A stretch of 63,796 bases of DNA, filler included, from Pseudogymnoascus verrucosus (Eukaryota), in assembly GCA_001662655.1 (NCBI GenBank). It is 3 parts of 3 records of this genome, joined end to end, with 100 filler letters (N's around TTAATTAATTAA, not from the genome) between each part and the next. Parts side by side here need not be neighbours in the genome. Positions count along the whole stretch, not along the records: positions 44,389 to 63,796 come from KV460299.1; 2 more parts are not named here. One strand, written 5' to 3'. Under the pieces are notes generated by a model. It was not told where the DNA came from and did no database searches. It saw only the letters and a list, made by a program, of their open reading frames with translations. Position numbers and translations under genes: made by a program. Below are positions 50,365 through 62,674 of this stretch, piece after piece. How positions within the stretch are numbered: the stretch's first letter is position 1; every line of letters begins with the position of its first letter.

Positions 50365-53300
50365 GAGTCCTCGACGGTAGGCCACTGGCGAGCGACAAGA
50401 AGAGGCCTAGTGCGAAACAGCTATGCGCCACGGAAGGCGGCATGCAGCTATATGTGGTCGCTAAGGTACAACAGCAACACCTCCGAGCAATGATTGACTT
50501 AGGAGCAACGGGCAACTTTATGACGAAGAGAGTAGTAGACACTCAAGGTTTCAAAACGCAATTGAAAGCCGACCCGTACCCACTAATGGTCGTGGATGGA
50601 GAACCCATCTCGACCAACGAGGGAATGGTGACCTACGAAACGGTCCCATTAGAAATGGTCATGCTACGCGGACACAAGGAAACGATCCAATTTGACATCG
50701 TACACATGGACAATCATGCATGTATCCTTGGTGTGCCGTGGCTCAGGAAACACAATCCCCAGATCGACTGGTGGAACGAGAGAATTGTGATGAGCCGGTG
50801 CGCGTGTGAACAACGAACGGACACGCCACAACGGGAGAAACCCTCCTAGGGCCGACGCGAGGTATGTGCGACCTCTACAGAGCCCGGTGACCTAGCCTAG
50901 GCACCCCCACTGACGAGTATACCGGTAGAGTATAAGGAATACGAGCAGCTATTCCGGGAAGGCCCCAAGAACGAGGCGCTTCCTAAGCACCAACCATGGG
51001 ATCATGTGATACCTTTGGAAGAAGGAAAGAGTCCACCGTTCGGACCAATATACTAGATGTCAGCAGACGAGCTAAAACTGCTAAAGGAATATATCGACGA
51101 TAATCTCAAGAAGGGATTTATCAGACCCTCTAAATCTCCTGCAGGAAGCCCGATGTTATGGGTTCCTAAGAAGGATGGGAGCAAACGACCATGCGTGGAC
51201 TATCGAGCATTGAACAACATAACGATAAAGGATCGATACGCCTTACCGCTAATCAATGAGTTACACGATAGATTCTAAGGAGCTAAGATCTTCACCAAGC
51301 TGGATCTGCGCGGCGCGTACAACCTGATCCGAATAGCTGAGGGCGAGGAGTGGAAAACAGCATTCCGCACCCGCTATGGCCTATTCGAATATCAAGTCAT
51401 GCCCTTTAGGCTAACTAACGCCCCCGCATCCATGCAACGCTTGATGAATGATGCTTTGCACGAGTACCTGGATATATTCACCATCGTTTACCTAGACGAT
51501 ATACTGGTATACTCAGCAAACGAGGACGAACATGCTCGGCATGTCAAGCTCGTCCTCTAGAAGCTGAAGGAATACAACCTACTGTTGAAGCCAGAAAAAT
51601 GTGAGTTCCATAAAAACCAAGTCGAATTCTTGGGCTACATTATCGGAACACACGGCATCAAGATGGACCAAGCAAAGGTCACGGCAGTGTTGGAATGGCC
51701 AACACCAACCACGGTCAAGGAAGTACAAGCCTTCTTAGGCTTCGCCAACTTCTACCGTCGATTCATTGCGGGATATTCCAAGGTAGCTTAACCACTCACG
51801 GAGCTCACCAGGAAGGATCTCGTGTTCAAATGGACAGATAAGGCGGAGGCTGCCTTCCAGGAACTTAAAACGAAGTTCACGGAGGCACCCATCCTTGCGA
51901 CATTTGACCCTGCAAAGAAGATCGTCCTTGAGACGGACGCCTCTGATTTCGCGATTGGAGCATGTTTGAATCAGCTAGGCGAGAACGGTAAGTTCAAACC
52001 AATCGCGTACCACTCTAGGAAACTGTCACCCGCGGAGCTCAACTATGACATCCACGACAAGGAGCTACTAGCTATTGTCGTTGCCTTCGAGCAGTGGCGC
52101 GTATATCTTGAAGGATCCACCTACACTGTGCAAGTGTGGACGGATCACAAGAACCTCATATACTTCACCACGACTAAGGTTTTGAACCGTAGACAAGTCC
52201 GCTAGGCAGAAACCCTCGCAGCCTACAACTTCACGATAACCTATCGCAAAGGCTCCGAGAATGCAAGAGCAGATGCTCTCAGCAGAAGGACCGACTACAT
52301 CGGCCCGAAGGAAGAAAGACCTAGAGCAATATTAAAGAAAACAGACGCAGGAATACAGTACAACGAGTTGCTAGTGACGATCTCCATCGTCGAAGATACA
52401 GAACTTGGGGAAAGACTCAAGAAATCTTATGCGACAGACGAATGCGCAAAGAGAGTCTTGACCAAAGTCGAAGGCGACTTCGCCATTGACGAACAAGGAT
52501 TGATCCGTTACAAAGGATTAGTGTATGTCCTAAGTCAAATGAGACGCCCGCTAGTGCAAGAACAACACTCGTTGCCAGCACACGGTCATCAGGGAGTAAC
52601 ACGAACCTTTGAACGAATCACTAGACACTACTACTTCCTAGGTATGAGGAAGCAGGTAGAAACAGTAGTAAGAGAGTGCGACATTTGCAGCAAGTCAAAA
52701 TCTAATAGGCACTTGCCTTACGGACAACTCAAGTCGACACCAGTACCAAAAGGAGCGTGGAAATCAATAGCTTTAGACTTCATCGTCAAGCTACCACCCT
52801 CTAAAGACCCGTTAATAGGAATAGAATACGACTCTATCCTCGTTATAACGGAAAGACTCACGAAGTATGGGAAATTCGTACCATATCTAGAAGCCAGCAA
52901 CGCTGAGGCGCTCGCGTATACCTTCATTCGAGTCATATTAGCCGATCACGGGATGCCAGAAGAAATCATCTCAGACAGAGACAAGCTCTTCACTTCGAAA
53001 TTCTAGAAATCGTTAATGGCTCTGCTGGGAACAAATCACAAGCTATCAACAGCTTTCTACCCCTAGACAGACGGCTAAACAGAAAGATTAAATCAAACCC
53101 TTGAACAGTACCTGCGAAGTTATGTCAATCATCAACAGGATAATTGGGCTCAGATTTTACCCATTGCACAGTTCGCATATAACAGCGCGATGGCGGAAGC
53201 AACGAAAGTCTCACCGTTCTTTGCCAATTACGGCTACTAGCCGGAAGCATATAGGCAACCAAGACCGGACGAAGCACGAGCTGAACAAGCCCTGATCGTG

Positions 53301-53882
53301 GTGGAACAACTGAAATCGTTCCACGAACAACTTGCGACGGACATCCAATTCTTAAATGAACGATCCGCCGCATACGCAAACAGGAAGCGCAGTATGGAAC
53401 CTGCCTTCGAGGAGGGGGATAAAGTATACCTACTCTGGAAACACATCAAAACGAAGCGACTAAGTACGAAGCTGGACTTCAAGAAATTGGGACCATTTAA
53501 GATATTGAACAAAGTCAGCTCAGTTAATTACAGACTGCAGCTACCTAAGAACTCCAAACTCCACCCAGTGTTTCATGTCTCATTATTGGAACCAGCAAGA
53601 GGGGATGCCCCGATTGCGACCGATACCGAACTCCAGCCCGAAAATGAAATTATTGAATATGAGGTCGAGGCGATCCTAGACAGAAGGTTAGTAGGACGCC
53701 GAGAAGAGTTTTTGATCAAATGGAAAGGTTACGAACCTACGGATAACTCGTGGGAGTTGAGGGGGAACCTCAGCTGCCTAGAGTTGTTGGCGGAGTTCCA
53801 CCGTCGGCACCCATACGATCGAAGAATCCTGGGGAAAGGCTCCAGTAGGGGTCGTGCGCGGAACCGACGATTTCAGGATTAG
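50361..53882 (+). pseudogene. pol: Retrotransposon pol (protease, RT, RNase H, integrase, chromodomain) in the -1 frame, with RIP stops
   Basis: AMID(L)[18 protein letters not shown] (~51489-51500), ETDASDFAIG, TDHKNL, integrase H..GH/C..C and SDRD, HPVFHVSLL, and chromodomain YEVEAILD...IKWKGY. Confidence 0.93.
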
Positions 53883-54321
53883 TTGTGGATGGACTAAGGA
53901 GATGAGCGTGGGATTCGGCTTCGTGTCGATCGCGCTCCTCGGCCTCCTCTAGCTCATCGAGGGATTTGAGGCCACGACGAAGCATTTCAGCGCCACGAAG
54001 CTTGAGGGCCTTTTGCTGTTTTCGAAGGCGCATGCGGCGAGCGTAGGCCTCCTGCTCTTGAGCAGCAGCAGCTTCCTCTTCTGCCTCTAGGCGCTCTTCT
54101 TCCTTACGAAGCTTTTCCCATTCAGCAGCAGACGGGCCGCAGGCGTCGCATTTGGAGTTACGACGAGTACATTCACTACATCGGCGATGCCTAGAAGCGA
54201 CGACGTAGGAGCGTTCGCTACGGATGCAGTTGGAACATGGCGGCATCGGGATTCCGTTTCTTTCAATACGATTAGCTAGGAGTTGACGTTCTTTGATTTT
54301 GGTATGTTTGTCGGAAGGCAT
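53770..54321 (-). CDS. Antisense accessory ORF of the retrotransposon: Zn(II)2Cys6-like domain plus coiled coil
   Basis: 183-aa ORF with C-x2-C-x6-(Y)-x8-C-x2-C-x6-C, where the Y codon TAC is a RIP-type change from TGC, followed by an E/R/K-rich helix. Confidence 0.65.
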   Translation of the reverse strand: MPSDKHTKIKERQLLANRIERNGIPMPPCSNCIRSERSYVVASRHRRCSECTRRNSKCDACGPSAAEWEKLRKEEERLEAEEEAAAAQEQEAYARRMRLRKQQKALKLRGAEMLRRGLKSLDELEEAEERDRHEAESHAHLLSPSTTNPEIVGSAHDPYWSLSPGFFDRMGADGGTPPTTLGS

Positions 54322-54432
54322 GATGGCAGCGCAACCTGCCGGGTAAAATAAGTGGGCGTCACCCCACTTAAGTAGTTAGCGATTTCCTTAGTCAGCAGGC
54401 CTATGGGACTAGGCCTCGGAGGAGGGACCTAG

Positions 54433-54900
54433 TGTTACGGCTATGAATTCTACGGGGATCCTAGGGCCAGTAGGGCACCTAGGACTAGGGGGACTTCTAG
54501 GAATAAGTGTTCCAGGAAGTATAGGACTTCTAGGACCAGGGGGTCTAGGAGTGGGGAGAGTCTCGGGAGCGAGAACACTCCTGGGAATCACGTGGGCCCC
54601 GCGGCAATTATGGTTTAGCGCTATTGTCCATGGTTGCGGGATGTCACGTGATGGATAGTTAGATAGTTGGGATATTCTCATATATCCAACTATCCTAACT
54701 ATCCTTTGGCACGACGCCACTATATAAGTAGATAGTTAGTTCTTAGATAGGAGCTTCGTGCTCAACTCAATATAGTATTTTGTTATATACTGTAACGTGT
54801 TTTACGAAAGCCTTTAGTGTCTGATCCCCTGCCTCCTCTGTTAAGTAAACCAACGCAACGAAACCTCTGTGAGTCTTATAGTTTAAGGCCTAGCGTTACA
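54433..54900 (+). repeat. 3' LTR
   Basis: Direct repeat of 47864-48331, followed by the TSD TAATG. Confidence 0.95.
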
Positions 54901-56002
54901 TAATGCTTAGTAATGTAGATGTAGGCATAGATCATTAAGTTAGAGAAACAATTGTTAAGAGGCTTTATAGATAGAGTAGTGTTAAGATTTAAGATGTAGT
55001 TTATAATAGTAATAAGGGGAGTAAGAGCAACAGTAGGAGGGTAAAGTAAACAAGGAGAAGAGGGTTTGCTAATAATAGTTTAAATGTATTTTTATTTTTT
55101 ATTTATTAGGTCTAGATAGAAGGGCGCTAAACCCTACGTAGTACACCTTACAACTAAGACTATAGATAGAACTACTAAACCTCTAAAACTAAATGAGTGA
55201 TATTTAAACTTAGTCCTTATAAATTATAACATAATGTTTCTACATTACGCTATTTATAGTTTAAGGGTCTAACTAGTTAAGTAGCTCTAAATGATATACT
55301 ATTAGCTATTATATTCTATATAGTAGTAAACGTTTATAGTTATAAAGCTTTAGCTAATATATAATTATTTTTCTATCCTATTTAGATAAACGCACAGCCT
55401 TAGGTAAACGCCTAGTTTTATAAACGCTAGAAAGCTATATTAGGGTTAGAAACAACGATATCATTAGCAGGCTTTTAGTAGTGCAAAATTAGTATAGCTA
55501 AGTAGTGATTGTTGTCATTTCTAGACGGTTTAAAGTGAAGTTTGAGGGTTGAGGATAATTCTGACAATATCAATGCAACGAGAAAAGCTTTTAGTGGGAG
55601 TTATAGTACAATTTGACGACAGCAGTCATATTTAGTGTCTACATCTCCACAGCGTCCTTACTGCTGACCCTTCCGATTTCAGTTCGTACTAAAGCTTCGA
55701 AATATTAGGATGTTGCATATACAGGTTAGAATTGGCATCGCTCTAATGCAAGAACTTCTAAATTCGCATACAAAATCACAGTATATTGAGTTAAGCAGTC
55801 ATAGCGACAATGCCACGTCTTACAGCACAATGCGGGGTTCTCAGACACCTTTTACCGCCTTGAGGTTATCACCAAATTTAGGGGCAGGGCGGCCTCTTGG
55901 AATGCCCTGCCTGGAGACAGCTCGGTAAGTCTCGCAAGTCGAACCTGCGAGTCTCTAATGTGACTTGTCACTCTTAGTGAGCCAATTAGTCTCTGCGAAA
56001 CA

Positions 56003-56317
56003 TCGCCTTCAAGCCACATCAATGTAATTGGAGCCACGTTGATCGTACTTTTCCCATCCCACGTGTATCTCATATTAATCCCTCTTATAAGATTCGCATT
56101 TCCCATATTCTCTTGACCTTAAATACTTCCAAGCTACTCTTCTTGTGATAACCTTACCTCGCCTTTAAGCCACATTAATGTAATTGGAGCCACGTTGATC
56201 GTACTTTTCCCATCCCACGTGTATCTCATAATTAATCCCTCTTATAAGATTCGCTTTCCCCATGTTCCCTTGACCTTAAATAATTCCAACCTACTCTTCT
56301 TGTGATAACCTTACCTC
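56003..56317. repeat. Tandem duplication, 2 x ~156 bp
   Basis: AAGCCACAT(C/T)AATGTAATTGGAGCCACGTTG...GATAACCTTACCTC occurs twice with a period of 156-157 bp. Confidence 0.88.
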
Positions 56318-56629
56318 TGATCCCCCCACTTATCGCCTGCTAACTGCCGTCTAACCGAGCCTTTTCAAAATGTCTTACTGCCCTATTTGTAGTAATCGTA
56401 TGGAATATAGCGAATATGGAAATCTAATACCGACTAACAGGGCTGGAAGTGGAGGATGGAAACCTGAGGCAAGTAAATCCTTTTAAGATAGTATATACCT
56501 CTTTGTTTAAGTCAGGAAAATAACGTAGTCTTATGGTTATAGTATTGCGGCCCGAACTGTTGGACGTGTGGATATCCGCAAGAGCGGTATAGGATATGGC
56601 AAGCCGAGTCAGAGAGAAAAATAGCGGAG

Positions 56630-59393
56630 ATGAGACGTGCGGAGGCCGAGAAGAAAGCAGCGGCNNNNNNNNNNNNNNNNNNNNNNNNNNNNNNNNNNNN
56701 NNNNNNNNNNNNNNNNNNNNNNNNNNNNNNNNNNNNNNNNNNNNNNGGCCGAGAAGAAAGCAGAGGCCGAGAAGAAAGCAGAGGCCGAAAAGAAAGCAGA
56801 GGCCGAGAAGAAAGCGCAGGCCGAGGAGAAAGCAGAGGAAGAGAGGAAGGCAGAGGAAGAGAGGAAGACGAAGAAAGAGAGGAAGGCTGACGAAGAGAGG
56901 AAGGCTGAGGAAGAAGAAATCTTCAACGCGCGTGTGGAGCACGTGAACGATGCCATCACCGAGTCCATTTCGTTACAGTTTGGCGGCCCGACCCCCGTGG
57001 AGCCGGGAGAGCCGGAGTGGCTCGCTTGGGACTGGAATGATGGGCTCCTCCTTCGATCAGGTGGGAGCAGCAGCAGCTGTCCTAACGTGCGGGTGCGACC
57101 CGGGCTCTGGGCGCGAGACGATCCAAAGGCCCTCGATACGCTCGTCAACCCTCATGCCCCATTCTTGAATCGCCTTGCACAACTCTGCACGTCAGCTCGA
57201 GTTCAGGAATGCACCCGCAGTCCCTGTACACAGCAGAGGGCGATCATGGAGCGCTTCGCGCCTGAGTGTGGATGGCCCCGCTTTCGCCAGTGGGCCATTG
57301 CCGCCATGGCCTGTCAATCATGCTTCACCCACGCACAGAAGCTGACGCGCGCCCACACGCACCTGGTGACGGCCGCCTCGCTCTGCCACTGGCTCTTGAT
57401 CGGGTACAGGCACCGCTCCAGACCAATCGAGGACGAGATAGTCGGCAAGCGGCGGAACACACACCGCGTCGACCTGGCCAGCGTATGCGAGGTCATTTAC
57501 TGGATGCTCACCATTCAATCGCATATTGGCCTTGGCAACGTCGCTGAAGGCAAATGGGGGCCCGAGTTCCTGCCAGTTGAGGTGGTACAGACAGCAGTAG
57601 CCACGGCCCGAGCAAGAGCCCGCCAAATCGGTATCTGCCCATGGCGGCTCGAGAAGTTGACCGAGGTGGCTGAACGCAAGGAGGCTGACCTGCCTGCGCT
57701 CATGGAGCTGGCCCAGCACTACCCAGCCCTGAGCAACTTCAAAGTCGGCCCCGGAGACCCCGAGTATCACAAGGACCGCTACCACGGCTTTTGCACGCCG
57801 GAAGAGTGCGGCCCGAACAAGGCCGATACCGAACAGATGACACAACTCCACAAGTGTCCCCCGTGGCAGCGGGACGCCTGTGGACAACATCCCGTCAAAT
57901 ACTCAGTCAAGGCGCTCGAACGCTCCATCGAGGCCAAGAGGGGATCCCAATGGTCACGCTTCAAACCACGCATGGCTGCGCCCGGAGAGCCGTACGTCGC
58001 CATCTCGCATGTGTGGATCGACGGCACCGGCGTCGGCAACGGCCCCAAAGGCCTAAATAGCAAAGCGTCCAGCAACCAGGGCAATGTCAACCGCTGTCTC
58101 AACGACTACTTCACCCGGATCGCCGAGAGGGAGAACTGCTCGGCAATCTGGTGGGACACCATTTCGTTGCCGATAAACCCAAAGATCCGGTTGCAGGAGA
58201 TCCACAAGATGCAGAATACGTACCGCGATGCCACGCACACCATCGTGCACGACAGTGGCCTCCTCGACTTCGAGTGGGCCGACGACGGCAGTCCCTGTGT
58301 TGCCCTAGTGCTTTCGGCCTGGTTTACCCGCGGCTGGACCGCCCTTGAACTGCATGTGTCCCGCCGGAGCCTCAAGGTGTTATACAAGGGCCCCGACCCG
58401 CAAACTCCACTGATCAAAGATCTAGACAAGGATATCCTGGCGCACGACCCGCGAAACACGACCCGTGCTCACTGGATTGCCTCATCGATTATCCGGCGCT
58501 TACGCCAACGCGTCGAGAATGTCCGCGACATGTTGAGCATTCTCCGCCCGCGTGCTACCTGCCGCGTCAAAGACCGCACCACCATTGCTGGCCTTCTCGC
58601 AGACCTGGACCCTCCCACTTGTACAGAATGCACAAACCCCCCCTCCGAAGACGATCCAGATGCAAAAAGACAGGCCTTTAACAAGCACGTCGAGATGCAC
58701 ACGACCCGCCGAGTCCTGACGACCCTGGGCAAAGTCGGATGCGCGTCACTCATCCATGACAAGGAACCGATGGAAAATTCAGGACCCTTCTCCTGGACGC
58801 CCAGTGCAGTGCATGACATGCCGGTGAACTCAGGGGGGGATCTCCAACCAGGTATCTTCGGGGATGGCATGCTAGACGTGGATCAGTATGGCCGAGTCAT
58901 GGGCAGCTGGCACTATCGGGGCTTGACGCGCGATGATGCCGCCTATTTTGTCGAAGCGATAGATTCTGACAACGAAGGAATGGTTACGCGTATCACGGAT
59001 GCCCTCCGCCATTGGCAGAACTGCTTGATCCTGCGGGAGTTACCGCAGGACAAAGGCCCAGCCCTTCTCGCGACGACGGTAGGCAAGGAATCCGTTAATG
59101 GGAGAACCATTACCGACTGCCACTACGTGGGCGGCGTGACAGTGCGTGCTGATAACAATCCTTATGGCGAAAGCTACGACATCAGGTATTCGTACGGCAC
59201 CGTTCGATTTGGGAACGAGAATGGCCGGCCCGATATGAGAGCACGGGACATCGTCCAGCTTCGTGATGCTGCTCCTTCTAACGAAGAGAGTTATGACGGA
59301 GAGGACGGCGAGGAGATACCAGAGGATGGAGAAGAGGAGGGTTGGATTGGTAGTGATAGCAATGGCCCACGGAGGCCGAGGGGTATGTTTTAA
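56630..59393 (+). CDS. HET-domain (heterokaryon incompatibility, PF06985-like) protein with N-terminal AEKK/EERK repeats
   Basis: HET motifs YVAISHVW, IWWDTISLP, MQNTYRDA and WFTRGWTALE in a long open frame, with 18-bp repeats spanning an N gap. Start and end are uncertain (possible upstream exons; donor-like GTATGT at 59383). Confidence 0.85.
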
Positions 59394-59559
59394 ATACTAA
59401 GTTACTAGCTAACCCTATTACTAGGTTTCGTGGCAACCGGGCTGCCGGTTTCAGCCGTAACACTATACTAGCCCTTGAAGAGGTTATGATTAGTTTGAAT
59501 AATTTTTCTCATAAAAATTTGTCAATGGGGGGTTGGCGTAGACTCCCAAAACCTGCTGA

Positions 59560-60017
59560 CGCGATTTAAGTGCCCATTATAACTCGTGCGCCCAGTACCG
59601 TTTTCCTGGGAGAATTAGAGGAATATAGTAGTGTCTAGTGCATATACCCCCACAGCGCCTAACTTCTACAATGGGATAGAACTGCTCCGCGAGGTTGACA
59701 GCACTTGGAACCATGTCAACGGCACCGTGCCATGGAGCGAGCACGACGAGGCAGGCAGATTGGTGGCAGCCCTGGCATGGAAGTATAATTCCTGCGCGGT
59801 AGATGCTGTCTTCGTGGCGGCACTTCTCCTAAATGTAGGGAGGGTGCAGGCCGGCCAGGCAGATCAAACATACCTGCAGTAGTTTGGCATTCACGCAAGG
59901 CTGATGCGAAAGATCATTCGCCTGCCATGGTCGAAGCTTACGAGGGTCCAAATCGGCGATCTACGTGATATTCTTTGCGGGGCATTGGAACAAGAGGATG
60001 TTATCTATAGAGCTTGA
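59560..60017 (+). pseudogene. Degenerate ORF with a W-x2-NSCAVD motif (papain/USP-like catalytic-Cys pattern)
   Basis: The frame ...LAWKYNSCAVDAVFVAALLL...YLQ*FGIHARLMRKIIRLPW...LRDIL is interrupted by TAG/TAA stops. Confidence 0.4.
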
Positions 60018-61919
60018 AACGTTTGAATCCGAGAGTCACAACAACGAGGTCGTTGATCACTGAGGAGAAATCTGTCGGAGCAGACGAAACTAGACAAAAG
60101 TCGGCAGGCGCAGAGGAGCAGGAATCGAAGGGGGGCGCCGAGAAATCCAAGGTCGAACTTACACCAGATGCTGCTAAACAGCAGATCGGTAAGTCATATT
60201 TGCAGCAGGAAAGGTTAAGTTACTCGAGTCTAACTCATGCAGTCAACTTCGTCGCTGGTTACAAGGTGCAGAAGAAGAAGGGAGATGACGAGGTAAGAAT
60301 ATCAAAGGGTTACTACCTACTCGATGGACTAGGCTGACTATGGTAGTTTGAGGATATTGACGAAACGCCGTCAAAGAAGCTGAAGACTGTAGAGGAGCCT
60401 GCTATGTGAGCTAAGGCGGCAAGCTCGCCTCTCTGATATCAGCATGTGAGCTATTACAAGACTTGTGCAGTATGCATAGGCATAGTACAGAACTGAACAA
60501 AAGCCGAAGGATGAGCGACGTAAGGCCCTTCTACCCTCGACACCGCCCCATGCCTATTTCTTCACAAGCTGTACCACACTCTGTATCAAATTTTACGTCT
60601 GCGGTATGTCAGCGCTGAACGCTTTGTTTCTGCCGATCGCACGCTGGCGACCGTTCCTAGGAAGCCGAGTCGATGGTTTGGAGATGGGCGAGCGCTGATC
60701 GCGGGCTGTCATGGCCTTGTCATTGATGGACTATCACTGTACAGTACGCGGTAGATCCTCTGTCATGGACCAATTGGTTCGATTGGATGTGAGGATGGGG
60801 AAGCTATATCCCGCTCGTCGTGATGCATTGCTCGGTTTTCTTATGGGCATACTTAGTCTAGCAAACTGGCAGCCTAGAGAGGATCATAAGTATCCCTCTC
60901 CGGTCCTCTCCATCGCTCGACCCTTTTTCTCACTTACTATACCCATAACAACTCTACTTGAACTATACTGTACTCGTCTAGCGCTCATGGCACTCTCTCA
61001 GAGCGTTAAGTTCTAGACGTTGTTAGTTCTGAATTATAAAGAAAAAATTATAGTTTAAAAGAAGCTTCCTCCTTACACGTCTTTATCTTTGTACTATAAG
61101 ATGTCATATAATATAGATTAGCACTAGATATTACCATTGCAAAACTGCCATTTCCTTTTATTTTGCTCTCATTACGTTCATATTGAGTGGAGTTCCCCGG
61201 CACTGCTAAATCTGCCATCTCTTAAGGTCTTGAGTCTAGACTGGTCTGATTTCAAAAGACGTCGAACTGGAGTTACATACGATGGGATCATTAGGGCCAA
61301 GTTCGAGAAGAGGCATCTTGGTCGCAGTTTAGGAACTTTTTAGTGCGCGATGAGCTGGAACATGACCAATTGCGGCGGTGTGTCTCAGCCGTGATATATT
61401 GGACGATATATCGCTTCGCTAATCGATTGATTTAAAGATGTCATTCTGAAACCGTCGACCAAATCTAGCAAGTTCCCCACAGAAATGCCAGTTGGTTGTG
61501 TTACTGCTGATTCGTTTCAGTTCCTTACCACTTATACTGTTCCGCTGTCCGCTACGGTGGAGCGAACTCCTTGCTTCACAATGTAGCAGTAAGTTAGTTG
61601 AAGGCAGTACATTCCACATGGTAACATTACGTGCGACAAAAGGAAATCGAGCGGATCGAGATGTCTTTGTAACAGAGGGTTAGGGCCCGTCTAGATCAAT
61701 GTTACGTCTAGAGCTGAATGCTAGTACACAGGGCTAGATGTTAGTGCCATCGATGACTTTTGTCACGTCATAGTTGAGTTCTAAGGGCCATTGACCGATG
61801 ACTTTAGGTCCCCTTAACATCTGGAAAAACCTAACTATATAAAGTTCCAGTTTCTACTCCCATGAACACGACCGTTGTCAACAACAAATAACAGAATCTC
61901 CACCTAACAGTAATTCACA

Positions 61920-62671
61920 ATGACTAGATTCTTCATTTTGCTCTTCTTTAGTAAGCCTATAAGAAATAATCTATTATGTTCGTATTTCCTTGACGTGGCT
62001 AACTGAGACAGTTACCACTGCCCTGTCGCTAGTGATTGAGGATCGCACTCTAGATGACGGCTGCTTGAAATGGTGCTTAGAGAGTTACGGTAAAAACATA
62101 GTCGGAGGCGCCCTGTGTGTAGCTCTTGCTGCACTAAAACGCGGGCCCTGCTATATCTGTGGTCCACAGAAGGTTTCTGTAACTGAACAGTTCTGCAACG
62201 GCCAGTGTGACGAGACCAGCACTGACAATAAGAATTGCGGTGCGTGTGGAAAAGTTGTAAGTTTGAATATCTGTGACAACCTACTCTCTGAAGTAACAAG
62301 TGACCACAAAGTGCCCCGCCAATACCAATTGCGATAAGGGTATCTGTCGCCCTTTAAGCAACTGCAATGCCGTGGACATGTGCGAAAACACTCCATTATG
62401 CGGTACCGACTGTATCTGCCAACCCGACGAACGTGGCAAGGGGTACTGCAACATACCGCAGTTGTGCAACGCCATCCCTAGCTGTAACACCATTGCCGAC
62501 TGCCCTGTTCCTGGCAGCGTGTGCCTGTTCACTTGCTGCCCTGGCGGCAAATGCTGGCAGCCATCTCTGCTGGTCTGCAGCAACCTTGCAGCCCCTAGGA
62601 TGATTTTCGAGGATCACCGTATTAAAGCCCGTGATGGTCTGTGGAGTGGTCATATCCCAACGAATGGTTAA
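61920..62671 (+). CDS. Secreted Cys-rich protein (211 aa, 26 Cys) with a STIG1-like motif
   Basis: Exons 61920-61950, 62012-62256 and 62312-62671. Signal peptide MTRFFILLFFITTALS, motif TDNKNCGACGKVC and a TATA at ~61837. Confidence 0.82.
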
Positions 62672-62674
62672 GTA

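Larger units (their letters stand above)
47864..54900 (+). mobile_element. Full-length Ty3/Gypsy chromovirus LTR retrotransposon, RIP-inactivated
   Basis: 468-bp LTRs at 47864-48331 and 54433-54900 (TG...CA), 5-bp TSD TAATG, a purine tract before the 3' LTR, and gag-pol in the order PR-RT-RH-IN-chromodomain. Confidence 0.97.
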
